DNA from: an uncultured Chloroflexia bacterium
GTDB taxonomy: Bacteria > Chloroflexota > Limnocylindria > Limnocylindrales > CSP1-4
Reading direction: 5' to 3'
Length of the DNA: 64,000 bases
NCBI GenBank assembly: GCA_963744115.1
Contig: CAVUSI010000001.1
Span: 48,718 to 112,717 of the forward strand
Below the pieces are notes generated by a model. That model saw only the letters and a list, made by a program, of their open reading frames with translations. It was not told the DNA's origin and ran no database searches. How positions within the stretch are numbered: position 1 is the stretch's first letter; each line of letters begins with the position of its first letter. Shown one piece after another: positions 18,162-27,265 of this stretch. The position numbers and the translations under genes were made by a program.

Positions 18162-18602
18162 TCAGCGGAGCCGCCGAACGACGAGCCAGACGAGGCCGAG
18201 GATCGTCCCGACGGCCAGTCCGCCGCGCCAGTCCAGGAGGACGGTCGCCTCGCCGTCGGTCCGTGCGGCGATGACCACCGCGGCGCCTGAACCACGCTCG
18301 AAATGGACCTCCTGGGCGACCACCGACCGGATGAGCGCCTGCGAGATGTGCGCCTTCTGCGCCGCGACCAGGCCGGCGGAAGCCATCGTCAGCGTCGCCT
18401 CGTTCGCGGCGAGGGCGCCGACCGCTCCGAGCTCGACGGAAGCCCGCTGAGCCTGCGCGGCGCCGATCGCGCCGAACGACACCGACAGGTCGTCGGCCTG
18501 GACGACACCGAGGGCGCCGCGCTGGACGTCGACCCGCGTCGGGCGGGGCCCTTGGGCCTCGTCGGTGGTCGGGTCGGGGGTCGGATCGGGAACGGCGGTC
18601 AT
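18162..18602 (-). CDS. hypothetical small protein: Pro/Asp-rich N-terminus, six 15-residue repeats, C-terminal TM anchor
   Basis: 146 aa. GGAG lies 6 nt upstream of the ATG. The repeat register is VxxGAxGxxxAxxxx. The C-terminal GLAVGTILGLVWLVVRRLR is a TM anchor. Confidence 0.6.
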   Translation of the reverse strand: MTAVPDPTPDPTTDEAQGPRPTRVDVQRGALGVVQADDLSVSFGAIGAAQAQRASVELGAVGALAANEATLTMASAGLVAAQKAHISQALIRSVVAQEVHFERGSGAAVVIAARTDGEATVLLDWRGGLAVGTILGLVWLVVRRLR

Positions 18603-18762
18603 GGTCGGCTCCGGGTGGGACTTCTCGAGGTCAGACTACCGCGCCGACGATGCCTTCGCCCGCGGGCGCACCCGGTCATCGGGTCGCTCATGTGGTCTTC
18701 GGCGGACTCGGTATATCCTGCCCGGCGACGGACGCTTCGCGCCGTCCGCCGAAAGGGTCCCG

Positions 18763-19989
18763 ATGTCCGTCCACCTTCACCGTCCTCGTCCCGCGATCGG
18801 GCTCGCACTCGCCGTCGTCCTGCTCGTCGGTGCGTGTGGCAGCACGAACCCGAGCGTGACCCCGATCGCCCAGGTCTCGACCGTCCCGAGCCCGGCTGCG
18901 TCGCTCCCGAGCGAGGTCCCGAGCGCCACCGCCGAGGCCAGTCCGACAGCGGAACCGACGCCGACCCCTGCACCGACGCCGGTCACCGTGCCGGCTCCCC
19001 TGACCGGCCTGCCGGTGACCCCGGCCCAGGCCCGACGCCACCCGATCGCGGTGATGGTCGACGACCTCGGGGCGGCTCGACCCCAGTCCGGGTTCAGCGC
19101 AGCGTCGGTGGTCTGGCAGGCGCCGGCCGAAGGGGGCATCCCGCGCTACATGATGGTCTTCGGCGAGAACCAGCCGGGCGACGTCGGCCCGGTGCGCAGC
19201 TCGCGCTACTACTACATCGCCTGGGCCGCCGAGTGGAAGGCGGTCTACGCCCATGCCGGCGGGTCGCCCCAGGCCCTCCAGACCCTGGCCGCCAACGGCA
19301 ACGGCAAGCTCGTCTACAACGCCGACGAGTTCCGCTGGGCCGGAGCGTTCCGCCGGATCTCCAGCCGGTTCGCCCCGCACAACCTGTACACGACCGGTGG
19401 GCAGCTCGAGTCGCTGGCCAAGCGGCTGGGTGCGAAGCCGATCACCAGGGGGCCGGTCTGGCAGTTCGCCCCGGACGCCCCGCTGGACCAGCGTCCCGTC
19501 GGCGGCAAGATCACCTTCGCCTATCCGACGAGCATCATCCGCTACGACTATGACCGGGCGACCAACACCTACCCGCGGACGGTCAGCGTCGAAGGCAAGC
19601 AGAAGGACGCCTCGACCAAGAAGCGGGTGGCACCGAAGAACGTGATCGTGATGCTGATGAGCTTCGGGCCGCTCAACGACGGCCATCCGAAGAAGCATCG
19701 CCTCGAGGCCAAGGTGGTCGGCAGCGGACCGGCCTGGATCTCGACCAACGGCAGGACGATCAAGGGAACCTGGCGAAAGAAGTCGCTGACCGCACCGACG
19801 AAGTTCTACAACGCCGCCGGCGCCGAGGTGACGCTGACGGCGGGCCAGACGTTCATCAACGTCATGCCCACCGGGACGAAGATCAAGATCACCCCCGGCG
19901 GACCACCTCCGGCGCCGACGGCGTCCCCGTCGCCGGGCGCGTCGCCGTCACCGTCCGGGTCCGTCGAGGGTCACCTGGCCGCCGTCTGA
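18763..19989 (+). CDS. DUF3048-family lipoprotein
   Basis: MSVHLHRPRPAIGLALAVVLLVGAC (lipobox), a Pro/Ser/Ala linker, then HPIAVMVDDLGAARPQSGFSAASVVWQAPAEGGIPRYMMVF. GAAAGGG precedes ATG 18763. Confidence 0.8.
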   Translation: MSVHLHRPRPAIGLALAVVLLVGACGSTNPSVTPIAQVSTVPSPAASLPSEVPSATAEASPTAEPTPTPAPTPVTVPAPLTGLPVTPAQARRHPIAVMVDDLGAARPQSGFSAASVVWQAPAEGGIPRYMMVFGENQPGDVGPVRSSRYYYIAWAAEWKAVYAHAGGSPQALQTLAANGNGKLVYNADEFRWAGAFRRISSRFAPHNLYTTGGQLESLAKRLGAKPITRGPVWQFAPDAPLDQRPVGGKITFAYPTSIIRYDYDRATNTYPRTVSVEGKQKDASTKKRVAPKNVIVMLMSFGPLNDGHPKKHRLEAKVVGSGPAWISTNGRTIKGTWRKKSLTAPTKFYNAAGAEVTLTAGQTFINVMPTGTKIKITPGGPPPAPTASPSPGASPSPSGSVEGHLAAV

Positions 19990-20010
19990 CGGACCATCGC
20001 GGTTCGGCGG

Positions 20011-20838
20011 TCAGGCGCGAGGCTTGGCCGGGCCGCGGCCGCGAAGCTCGTCCCAGCGCAGGGTCAGGACGACGATGAGCGCCTCGACGATGATCCGGCG
20101 CGACATCTTCGACTGGCCGGCTCGTCGATCCTGGAACACGATCGGGACCTCGTCCACCCGTGCCCCGAGTCGACTGGCCCGGTAGGTCATCTCGATCTGG
20201 AACACGTACCCGCCGGCATGGACACCGTCGAACGGGATCGTCCCGAGCGTCGTCGCCCGCCAGGCCTTGAACCCGCCGGTCAGGTCGTGCGGCTTCAGTC
20301 CGAGGACGACCTTGGCGAACAGGCTGCCACCCCGCGAGATGACCCGCCGGACGATCCCCCAGTCACGCACGCCGCCTCCTGCCACGTAGCGGGACCCGAT
20401 CACCAGGTCTGCGCGGTCGTCGACGATCGGCGCGATGAGCCCGGGAAGGACCCCCGGGTCGTGGCTGAAGTCCGCATCCATCTGGATGACGATCGAGGCA
20501 CCGCCGGCGATGGCGACCCCGAACCCGTCGAGATACGCCCGGCCGAGACCCTGCTTGGAGGTCCGGTGGCGGACGCGGACCCGCGGATCCGTCGCGGCGA
20601 GATCGTCGGCCAGCGTGCCGGTCCCATCGGGGGATCCATCGTCGACGACCAGCAAGGTCGCCCCGGGGAGGCGGTCGAGGATCGCCGCGGAGATCGGCCG
20701 CAGGTTCTCCGCCTCGTTGTACGTCGGCAGCACCACCCACGCTCCGGTTCCGACCGGCCGACCCGCATCGGGGCCGGGCATGGGGGAGATCGTCACGATC
20801 ACCTCCGGCGTGACTGGGTCGTTCGACTCGACGGTCAT
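20011..20838 (-). CDS. ppm1: polyprenol-phosphate mannose synthase (GT2, Ppm1/DPM1-like)
   Basis: VVLPTYNEAENL, LLVVDDGSPDGT, QMDADFSHDP, VIGSRYVAGGG. Confidence 0.9.
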   Translation of the reverse strand: MTVESNDPVTPEVIVTISPMPGPDAGRPVGTGAWVVLPTYNEAENLRPISAAILDRLPGATLLVVDDGSPDGTGTLADDLAATDPRVRVRHRTSKQGLGRAYLDGFGVAIAGGASIVIQMDADFSHDPGVLPGLIAPIVDDRADLVIGSRYVAGGGVRDWGIVRRVISRGGSLFAKVVLGLKPHDLTGGFKAWRATTLGTIPFDGVHAGGYVFQIEMTYRASRLGARVDEVPIVFQDRRAGQSKMSRRIIVEALIVVLTLRWDELRGRGPAKPRA

Positions 20839-20845
20839 CGCGCCC

Positions 20846-20851
20846 AGTGTA
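20846..20851 (-). promoter_or_regulatory. -10-like box TACACT, 7 nt upstream of the ppm1 ATG
   Basis: The minus strand reads TACACT-gggcgcg-ATG. Confidence 0.4.
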
Positions 20852-20905
20852 CGGGACGAGAAACGGACCTGGGCCGCGTTCCGACCTCGATCCGGGCGAT
20901 GCCGC

Positions 20906-23900
20906 CTAGACCACCGAGACCGTCCGGACCGTCACGTTCCGTCGTCCGCCGCTGTCGGTCGCGCCGATCCGGACCGTCGCCGGGCCGCTCCCGCCGGGCG
21001 CGACCACGAACGTCGCGGCATACTGCCCGGGCGCCACGAGGCGGGCAAACATCCGTTTCGGCGGACGTCCGACCTGGTCGAAAGTGACGACCGGCCTGGA
21101 CGTCAGCGCCTCGACCGAGCTGAACCGGACGGTCAGCGTTCGACCGGCCTTGAGCCGGGTCGACGACAGCGCGACCGCGTATGCGTCGGCGACGATCTGG
21201 CGACGGAGCACCGTGGTGCCACTGCCGCTCGTCGCGGTGAGGACCAGGGTGTAGCTGCCGGGTGCGACCATCGCCCCACTGCCGGCCCGGCCGTCCCACG
21301 TCCAGGCCACCGGGCCGGCCGGCTGCTTGCGTCGCGTCCAGACGGTCCGGACCAGGGTCCCGTCGCCGGCCACGATCTGAAGGGTCGTCGTCGCGGCCCG
21401 ACCGAGCCGATACGTGGCCCGCGCCGTCCTGGCCAGGGCGTCGAGATCCTGCGGATAGAACGCGGTCGGAGCCCAACGCAGCCAGCCGGCCGTCCGGTCG
21501 ATCCGTACGGTCGTCGCCGTCGTGCGGCGGTTCCCGGCCGCATCCTGGACGGTGATCCGGGCGAGGTAGGTGCCGTCGGCCAGTCGCGCCCCGGATGTCG
21601 TCCGACCCGTCCAGCGCATCGATCCGCCACCGCGTGCGCCATTCAGCGTGACGATCCGCACGACCTTCGTCCCGTGGGTGATCCGGACCGACGTGAGGCC
21701 TCGTTCGGCGTTCGTCCAGTGGATGATGGTCGCGTCCGCGGTCCCGTCGCCGTCGGGCGAGAACGTCGCCGGACCGGCAGCGACGGCGATCGCCGGCGCC
21801 GTCCCGTCCACGACCACCTGCCAGGACCGGGCAGCTCCGTTGCCGGCCGGGTCGAGGACCGCGAGGGTCACCCTGTAGGCGCCGTCCGGGGCCGGCGCTC
21901 CACCGTCGGCCCGGCCGTCCCACGCGGTCCGGGGCGTTCCTCCCGGACCGTTGATCGTCCGGACGACGGTGCCGGCGGCCGCGCCGGTCAGGCGCACAGC
22001 GGTGAGGCGCCAACGACTGGCTCCGGTCGAGCTCGCGGTGAGGCCCACCGAGTCGTGCCGGCCGTCCCGCGGCGGGGAGATCACTCGCCCGCCGATGGAA
22101 GCGGCCGTCAGCCGCGGACCGATGGTGTCGATCGTGACCGCATACGCCGCCACTTCGGCCGGCGTCATCGGCCGGACGGAGGGCGCCGAGTAGGTCCGTG
22201 TGCCCGCCCGCCCGATCAGCTGCAGGACGTATCGACCGTCGCCGAGGGTCCGACCGCCGACCGTCCCGTCCCACGCCCACGCCTGGCTCCCGACGCCCAC
22301 GTCGGGCACGGCCCGCGTGCCGACCGTGGTCCCGTTGGCGCGAAGCACCCGGAGCGTGAGCGAATCGAGCCCGAGGCCGTTCGTCCACCGCAGCATCAGA
22401 CCGTCCTCGGAGCCGTCGCCGTTCGGCGAGAACGCGCGGGCGGCGAGGGCCGCCGGCGACGAGCCGACCGACGTCGCGCCGCTCGCGCCGAACGACAGGC
22501 GACTCAGCCCGGCATCGACGATCGTCGTGTTCGGAGGGGTCCGCGGGGCAAGGTACGCGGTCGAGCCGCTGGCCGCGGCGACCCAGTTCCCGGTCCGGAC
22601 CGGCTCGGTCGCGGCCCACGTGCTGAGCGGACCGGCGACCTGGTACCAGCTGTAGCCGTCGGCCAGGACCGGTCCGCGGGTCAGGGCGACGACCGCCCCA
22701 GCCTTCAACGTGGACACGGCCGGTCCGGACGTGTCGGGGCGGGTGCGGGTCGTCAGGCCGGACGCCTTGACCACGGCGAACCCGCCGGCGTGGAGCGTCG
22801 GACGCGGGATCGGCAGGTTCGCCACGTTCCAGCGGCCGCGGTTCCCCTTGGCATCGGTCGCTCGCGCCCGGAAGGCATAGGCGTGCCCGTCGCGACCCGA
22901 CCAGATCGCTTCGGTCGCGTGAGTCCGGCCGAGCCAGGACCTCCAGGGGCTGCCGTCGACCGAGACCTGGACGTCGTAGCTCCGGATCGGGTTCATGTCG
23001 AGGGCGGTCCAGGTGACGAGGAAACCCTCGTCACCCTGCCGGGCGTCGAGGACGTCGATGCCGGTCGCGGGCGGTGTCGTGTCGTGGAGGAACTTGGCCA
23101 CGATCACGCTGTACAGCTCGGGCCGCGTCCCGTCGTAGCCCAGCGCCCAGATCCCGGCCCCCCGGAGCCCGTACCGATTGATCAGGTCGTACTTGGCCCG
23201 GAGGCTCCTTGGGTCGTCGAAGTAGACCTCCCGCCAGGTCGCGACGCAGCCGTACGCCGCGGTGCAGTTCCGTCGCTTGTAGGCGAACCAGGCCGACGAT
23301 TCACGGGTGTCGTAGCGCCGCCCGTGGGCCTTGGCCAAGGCAGCCGCGTTGTCGTACGTCACCGACGTCGACCAGCCGTACTTCGCCCCGGTGCGGGTCG
23401 CCGCCCGGGGCTGGCCGGTGGTCGTGGACCAGGCCCGACCGTAGTACGGGATGCCCAGGATCAGCTTGCTCGCGGGAACGCGGTCGGTGAAGGCCTGGAC
23501 GGTATCGAGCAGGTCGTAGCTCGGGCCGGCGAGCGGGGCGATCGAGCCGGCCGATGCGGAACCCGCGTTGCGGTAGTCGTAGCCCATGATGAAGATGGCA
23601 TCGGCGCCGCCGGGCGCAGTGGCGTCCTCGATCGGGTAGTTGCCGATCCAGCCGGTCGTGTCGAAGGTCAGCTGGTAGCCGCGGGCCACCTTGTTCAGCT
23701 CGCTCCGGATGGTCCGGACGAGCGCGGTGAATTCGTCGGAGCGCCCCGACACCAGCGGTTCGAAGTCGAGGTTGACGCCGTCGGCCCCGCGGTCGCGAAC
23801 GGCCGCCGCGATCTGCCGGGCGAGCCGGAGGCGTGCCGCGGCACTGCCCAGCAGGGCGGACTGGTTGGCCGCCTGGTTGGTCGTCCAGGCGAACGACTGG

Positions 23901-24811
23901 ACCGTCAGGACCACCCGCGTATGCCGTTGATGGGCCGCCCGGATGATCGACGTGAGGCGGGCACTGGTCCAGCCCGACCAGCCGGTGGAGATCGATCCGT
24001 TGCCGGTCCGCTTGATCAGGTTCCCATCCCCGTCGGCGCCGACCCCGAAGTAGGCGATCGTCGAGAGGAGCTGGTAGTTGAGTCGCGTCGAACCGTCGCT
24101 GAGCTCCCAGTACGGCAGGAACCCGAAGACCTGGCGCCGGAGGTCGGTCGCGGCGGGCGGGTCGAGCGGCCCCTTCGCAGTGACCTCGAAGGACGCGGGC
24201 ACAGCGGCGATCGCCGGGGCGCCGGATGGACCGTCGATGGGACCCGGACCCGGTCCGGCTGCGGTCGTCCGCTCGGCGACAGCCTCCGGGGCCCGTGAAG
24301 CCGGCGACCAGACCGTCCCCTCGCGGCTGAGCGCCATCGCCCGCCCTGAGGCGGCGCCGGCCGGCAGTCGGCGGGGTGCGACGCCGCCGACCGCCCAGCC
24401 GTCGTCCGCACGTGGCGTGAACGGGACGTCGACGACGCCGCCCGGGGCGAACACGGTCCGGTCGTGCTCATGGGCGGCGGCGTCGACCGCGATGATCGAC
24501 GGCTCCTGGACGCCGTCGGGCGGCGTGTCCGTCGGCGCGCCGGCGTCGGAGGCGCCCGCGTCGGATGCGTCCGCGGTCGGTGTCGTGGCGGGTTCGCCGG
24601 AGGCGGACGCGTCGGGCGGCGAAGCGGCGATCGGCGCGTCGAGGATGCCCGTGCTCATCTGACCCGACTCGCGGTCCGGGCGGACCGCCAGGACCGCCGA
24701 GCTGCCCGTCCCGGCCACGAGAACGGCCACGAAGACGACGACGGCGAGCGCCCGGACACGGTCGCGGCGGGCACGTCGACGGGAGGGCGGCCGGGGGCGG
24801 TCGTCGGTCAC
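20906..24811 (-). CDS. 1301-aa secreted/anchored multidomain protein: GH18 (chitinase-like) + FN3-like + SH3b + FlgD-Ig-like repeats
   Basis: N-terminal TM ALAVVVFVAVLVAGTG. GH18 motifs: FGFLPYWE, ADGVNLDFEP (DxxDxDxE), MGYDY, IPYYGRAW, GAGIWALGYD. SH3b: VVKASGLTTRTRPDTSGPAV...GYSWYQV. Repeats: FSPNGDGSEDG, FSPDGDGTADA, FYPQDLDALART. GAGGA lies 4 nt upstream of GTG 24811. Confidence 0.9.
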   Translation of the reverse strand: MTDDRPRPPSRRRARRDRVRALAVVVFVAVLVAGTGSSAVLAVRPDRESGQMSTGILDAPIAASPPDASASGEPATTPTADASDAGASDAGAPTDTPPDGVQEPSIIAVDAAAHEHDRTVFAPGGVVDVPFTPRADDGWAVGGVAPRRLPAGAASGRAMALSREGTVWSPASRAPEAVAERTTAAGPGPGPIDGPSGAPAIAAVPASFEVTAKGPLDPPAATDLRRQVFGFLPYWELSDGSTRLNYQLLSTIAYFGVGADGDGNLIKRTGNGSISTGWSGWTSARLTSIIRAAHQRHTRVVLTVQSFAWTTNQAANQSALLGSAAARLRLARQIAAAVRDRGADGVNLDFEPLVSGRSDEFTALVRTIRSELNKVARGYQLTFDTTGWIGNYPIEDATAPGGADAIFIMGYDYRNAGSASAGSIAPLAGPSYDLLDTVQAFTDRVPASKLILGIPYYGRAWSTTTGQPRAATRTGAKYGWSTSVTYDNAAALAKAHGRRYDTRESSAWFAYKRRNCTAAYGCVATWREVYFDDPRSLRAKYDLINRYGLRGAGIWALGYDGTRPELYSVIVAKFLHDTTPPATGIDVLDARQGDEGFLVTWTALDMNPIRSYDVQVSVDGSPWRSWLGRTHATEAIWSGRDGHAYAFRARATDAKGNRGRWNVANLPIPRPTLHAGGFAVVKASGLTTRTRPDTSGPAVSTLKAGAVVALTRGPVLADGYSWYQVAGPLSTWAATEPVRTGNWVAAASGSTAYLAPRTPPNTTIVDAGLSRLSFGASGATSVGSSPAALAARAFSPNGDGSEDGLMLRWTNGLGLDSLTLRVLRANGTTVGTRAVPDVGVGSQAWAWDGTVGGRTLGDGRYVLQLIGRAGTRTYSAPSVRPMTPAEVAAYAVTIDTIGPRLTAASIGGRVISPPRDGRHDSVGLTASSTGASRWRLTAVRLTGAAAGTVVRTINGPGGTPRTAWDGRADGGAPAPDGAYRVTLAVLDPAGNGAARSWQVVVDGTAPAIAVAAGPATFSPDGDGTADATIIHWTNAERGLTSVRITHGTKVVRIVTLNGARGGGSMRWTGRTTSGARLADGTYLARITVQDAAGNRRTTATTVRIDRTAGWLRWAPTAFYPQDLDALARTARATYRLGRAATTTLQIVAGDGTLVRTVWTRRKQPAGPVAWTWDGRAGSGAMVAPGSYTLVLTATSGSGTTVLRRQIVADAYAVALSSTRLKAGRTLTVRFSSVEALTSRPVVTFDQVGRPPKRMFARLVAPGQYAATFVVAPGGSGPATVRIGATDSGGRRNVTVRTVSVV

Positions 24812-24949
24812 GAGATCCTCACGGCTTGCAGTCGGAGGACGACCGTACCGTCGGGGGTCTGTCGCGGGATATCGCCCGATGGTCCCGGTCCGGGGCCGTA
24901 CGGTGGGATCCGGTGCGGTTCTGTGCGGTCGGCGCGACGCGCCCCCGGA

Positions 24950-27265
24950 TCAGTGCAGCGTGAACACCCGTGCGGCGCGGTTGACCTTCCCGGCCCCGTC
25001 GGTCCCGCTGATCGAGAACCGGACGGTGCCGGCGGTGCCGGTCGACTTGAGCTTGACCGTCAGCTTGTAGGTGGTCGAGCTCATCTTGGTCATCGTCAGG
25101 CTGAAGGCGCTCGTCCCGGACTGGCTGATCTTCAGCCGGGGCGACGCCTTGAGCAGCTCCGGGGTCGTGGCGTAGACGGTGACGGTCTGGCCGCGTCCCG
25201 GCGTCGCGTCGTTCAGGGTGACCCGGAAGCCGTCGGCCACGACCGACGCGAACCCGGTCGTCGACAGCTCGCCGTCGGTCGCGCCGATCGCCGCGACGTA
25301 GGTCCCACGCGGAGCCATCGTCCCGTCGTCCAACCGGCCATCCCAGTCGAAGACGTGGGTCCCGGCCCCGGTCGAGACGCCGTCGATGAAGGTCCGGACG
25401 ACCTCACCGTTCTGGTTCTCGATCACCCCGCTGACCACGGCGGAGACCGACAGGTCGTATGAGAAGCGCATCGTCCGAGCGTACTTGTCGAGATCCTGGG
25501 GGTAGAACACGGTCTTCGCGCTCACGACGTGGCTCAGCGTCTTGTAGACGCCGGCCGGGGTGTCGCGCCCGGCGCCGACATTCCCGGCGTAGTCCCGCGG
25601 CGCCAGGGTCACCGTGTAGACGCCGTTCCTGGTCACGTGTCCGGTGTCGTCCAGGCCGTCCCAGCTCACTTTGCCCGGACCGGACGCGACTCGCGTGGAG
25701 TCCGCCCGGACCACGGCGCCGGTCCCGTCCTTGACGGTCATCTCGATGTAGCCCGGCTCGTTGGTGGAATAGCCGAACGAGATCGTGTCGGCGGCGCCGT
25801 CCCCGTTCGGGCTGAACGTCGGGATGTCGGTCGCTCCGGCGGCCGCGACGACCGGGTCGTCGAGGATCGGGGCGACGGTGTCCACGACGAACGACCCCGT
25901 CTTCGTGCCGGCGGGATTGCCCCAGCCGTCCTGGACCGTCATCCGCCACCGATAGGTGGCGTCGGGGACCGGCACCCCGGCGACGAGCCCCGACCACGTC
26001 GCGCTGAAGGCGTCCCCGGAGCCGGTCTTCGTGCCGAGGACCTCGCCGTCGGCGTTCTCGAAGGTCGCGGTCCAATCGGCGACTTCGGAGATCCGGCCGG
26101 TCAGCCGATAGGTGTCGCCGCTGCCGTCGCCGTTGGGTGAGAACGCGCCGTCCCCGTCGTCGGTCGTCCAGACGACCGGGCCGGCACTGTCGCGCGGGAC
26201 GAGATCGGCTCCGGACATCCAGCCGGTCGTCGCCCCGTCGAGCGACGCCACCTCGAAGATCGGCCCGCCGGTCGCCGTCGTCGCCGCGGCCCGAGTCAGC
26301 AGGCGCAGCCGGGTGTCGCGGACCAGGGTGGCCAGCGGGCCGCTGTCACCGGGCGGAGTCAGCGTCTCGTCCTGGTAGACGTTCGCGGCGTCCACCGCGA
26401 CCGATGCAGCGCCGGGGACCTGGAAGTCGGCCGGGTCCGTCCCGGTGTCGGCGTACGCCGCACCGGTGATGTCGTCGGTCGTCGTGCCCAGCCAGCCGGT
26501 GACCGCGCGCCAGTAGCCGCCGGGCGTCCCGTCGGGGTCCATCTCGGCGGTCGCGCCTGGGGTCCGGCTCGATCCGAAGGTGAACGCGTTGTCGTTGAAG
26601 GTCGGCGAGTCGTGGAACATCTGATCGACCGTCTTATGGCTGGTGAACAGCTGGCGGACGTAGGAGGCGGGCCCGAAATGGCCCTCGGCGACGACCGCCC
26701 GGGCGCCGGCCTTGAGCCAGCCGGCCGCCATGTTGTCGACCCGTTGCTTCGCCTGCGCCAGCGTCGGCTTCGGCTTGCCCGACTCCGAGTTGCCCGAGGC
26801 GTAACAGAGGTGGCTGAGCAGCACGATCGCGTTCGGAGCGAGCTTGACCTCCCTGGCCAGGTAGTACTCGCCCCAGTACTCGGTGGTGCTGTCGTTGACG
26901 CCAGCCTTGGGGTTGAGCCCGAGACCGTTCTGCGAGTACGGCCAGGGGCTCGTCCGGTACGGGCTCGGGAACCCGTTGCCGTGGCCCATGTAGATGACGA
27001 CCGAGGCACCCTGGAGGGCCTTCTTGGCCGCGGCCCAGGTCGCGTTCGGGGTGTACACCTTGACGACGTTCGAGGTGTACTTGCGCGCCTCGGCGTACGC
27101 CGCATCGCCGTCGGACTTGTAGTAGGCGGTCGAGCCGGCAACGGGTCCGACGATGATCACGACCTTGGGCTGCGGCGTCGCTGCGCTGGCGGCGCCCGCC
27201 GCGGACAGGGCGAAGACGGCCATGACGATCAGGCCGCTGGCGGCCGTGGCCGCGATCCTTCGCAC
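24950..27265 (-). CDS. about 771-aa secreted protein: novel His/Cys (clan-CD-like) head domain + FlgD-Ig-like repeats
   Basis: Start chosen at GTG 27265 (GGAG 9 nt upstream); the Sec signal VRRIAATAASGLIVMAVFALSAAGAASA follows. The ORF is open to 27391. Head: VVIYMGHGNG and AIVLLSHLCYASGNSE. Repeats: FSPNGDGSGDT, FSPNGDGAADT, FYPQDLDKYART. Confidence 0.8.
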   Translation of the reverse strand: MRRIAATAASGLIVMAVFALSAAGAASAATPQPKVVIIVGPVAGSTAYYKSDGDAAYAEARKYTSNVVKVYTPNATWAAAKKALQGASVVIYMGHGNGFPSPYRTSPWPYSQNGLGLNPKAGVNDSTTEYWGEYYLAREVKLAPNAIVLLSHLCYASGNSESGKPKPTLAQAKQRVDNMAAGWLKAGARAVVAEGHFGPASYVRQLFTSHKTVDQMFHDSPTFNDNAFTFGSSRTPGATAEMDPDGTPGGYWRAVTGWLGTTTDDITGAAYADTGTDPADFQVPGAASVAVDAANVYQDETLTPPGDSGPLATLVRDTRLRLLTRAAATTATGGPIFEVASLDGATTGWMSGADLVPRDSAGPVVWTTDDGDGAFSPNGDGSGDTYRLTGRISEVADWTATFENADGEVLGTKTGSGDAFSATWSGLVAGVPVPDATYRWRMTVQDGWGNPAGTKTGSFVVDTVAPILDDPVVAAAGATDIPTFSPNGDGAADTISFGYSTNEPGYIEMTVKDGTGAVVRADSTRVASGPGKVSWDGLDDTGHVTRNGVYTVTLAPRDYAGNVGAGRDTPAGVYKTLSHVVSAKTVFYPQDLDKYARTMRFSYDLSVSAVVSGVIENQNGEVVRTFIDGVSTGAGTHVFDWDGRLDDGTMAPRGTYVAAIGATDGELSTTGFASVVADGFRVTLNDATPGRGQTVTVYATTPELLKASPRLKISQSGTSAFSLTMTKMSSTTYKLTVKLKSTGTAGTVRFSISGTDGAGKVNRAARVFTLH

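Noticed and set aside
20435-24298. 1287-aa plus-strand ORF
   Set aside because: It is antisense to the GH18 multidomain gene, whose motifs are unambiguous. The translation is Arg/Gly/Pro/Asp junk.
24812-24949. Intergenic gaps (24812-24949, 45221-45360, 46396-46501, 48656-48715) inspected for tRNA or small RNA genes
   Set aside because: I found no cloverleaf-compatible arms, no conserved GTTCRANYC T-loop motif, and no other recognisable RNA signature. They are left as plain intergenic or promoter regions.
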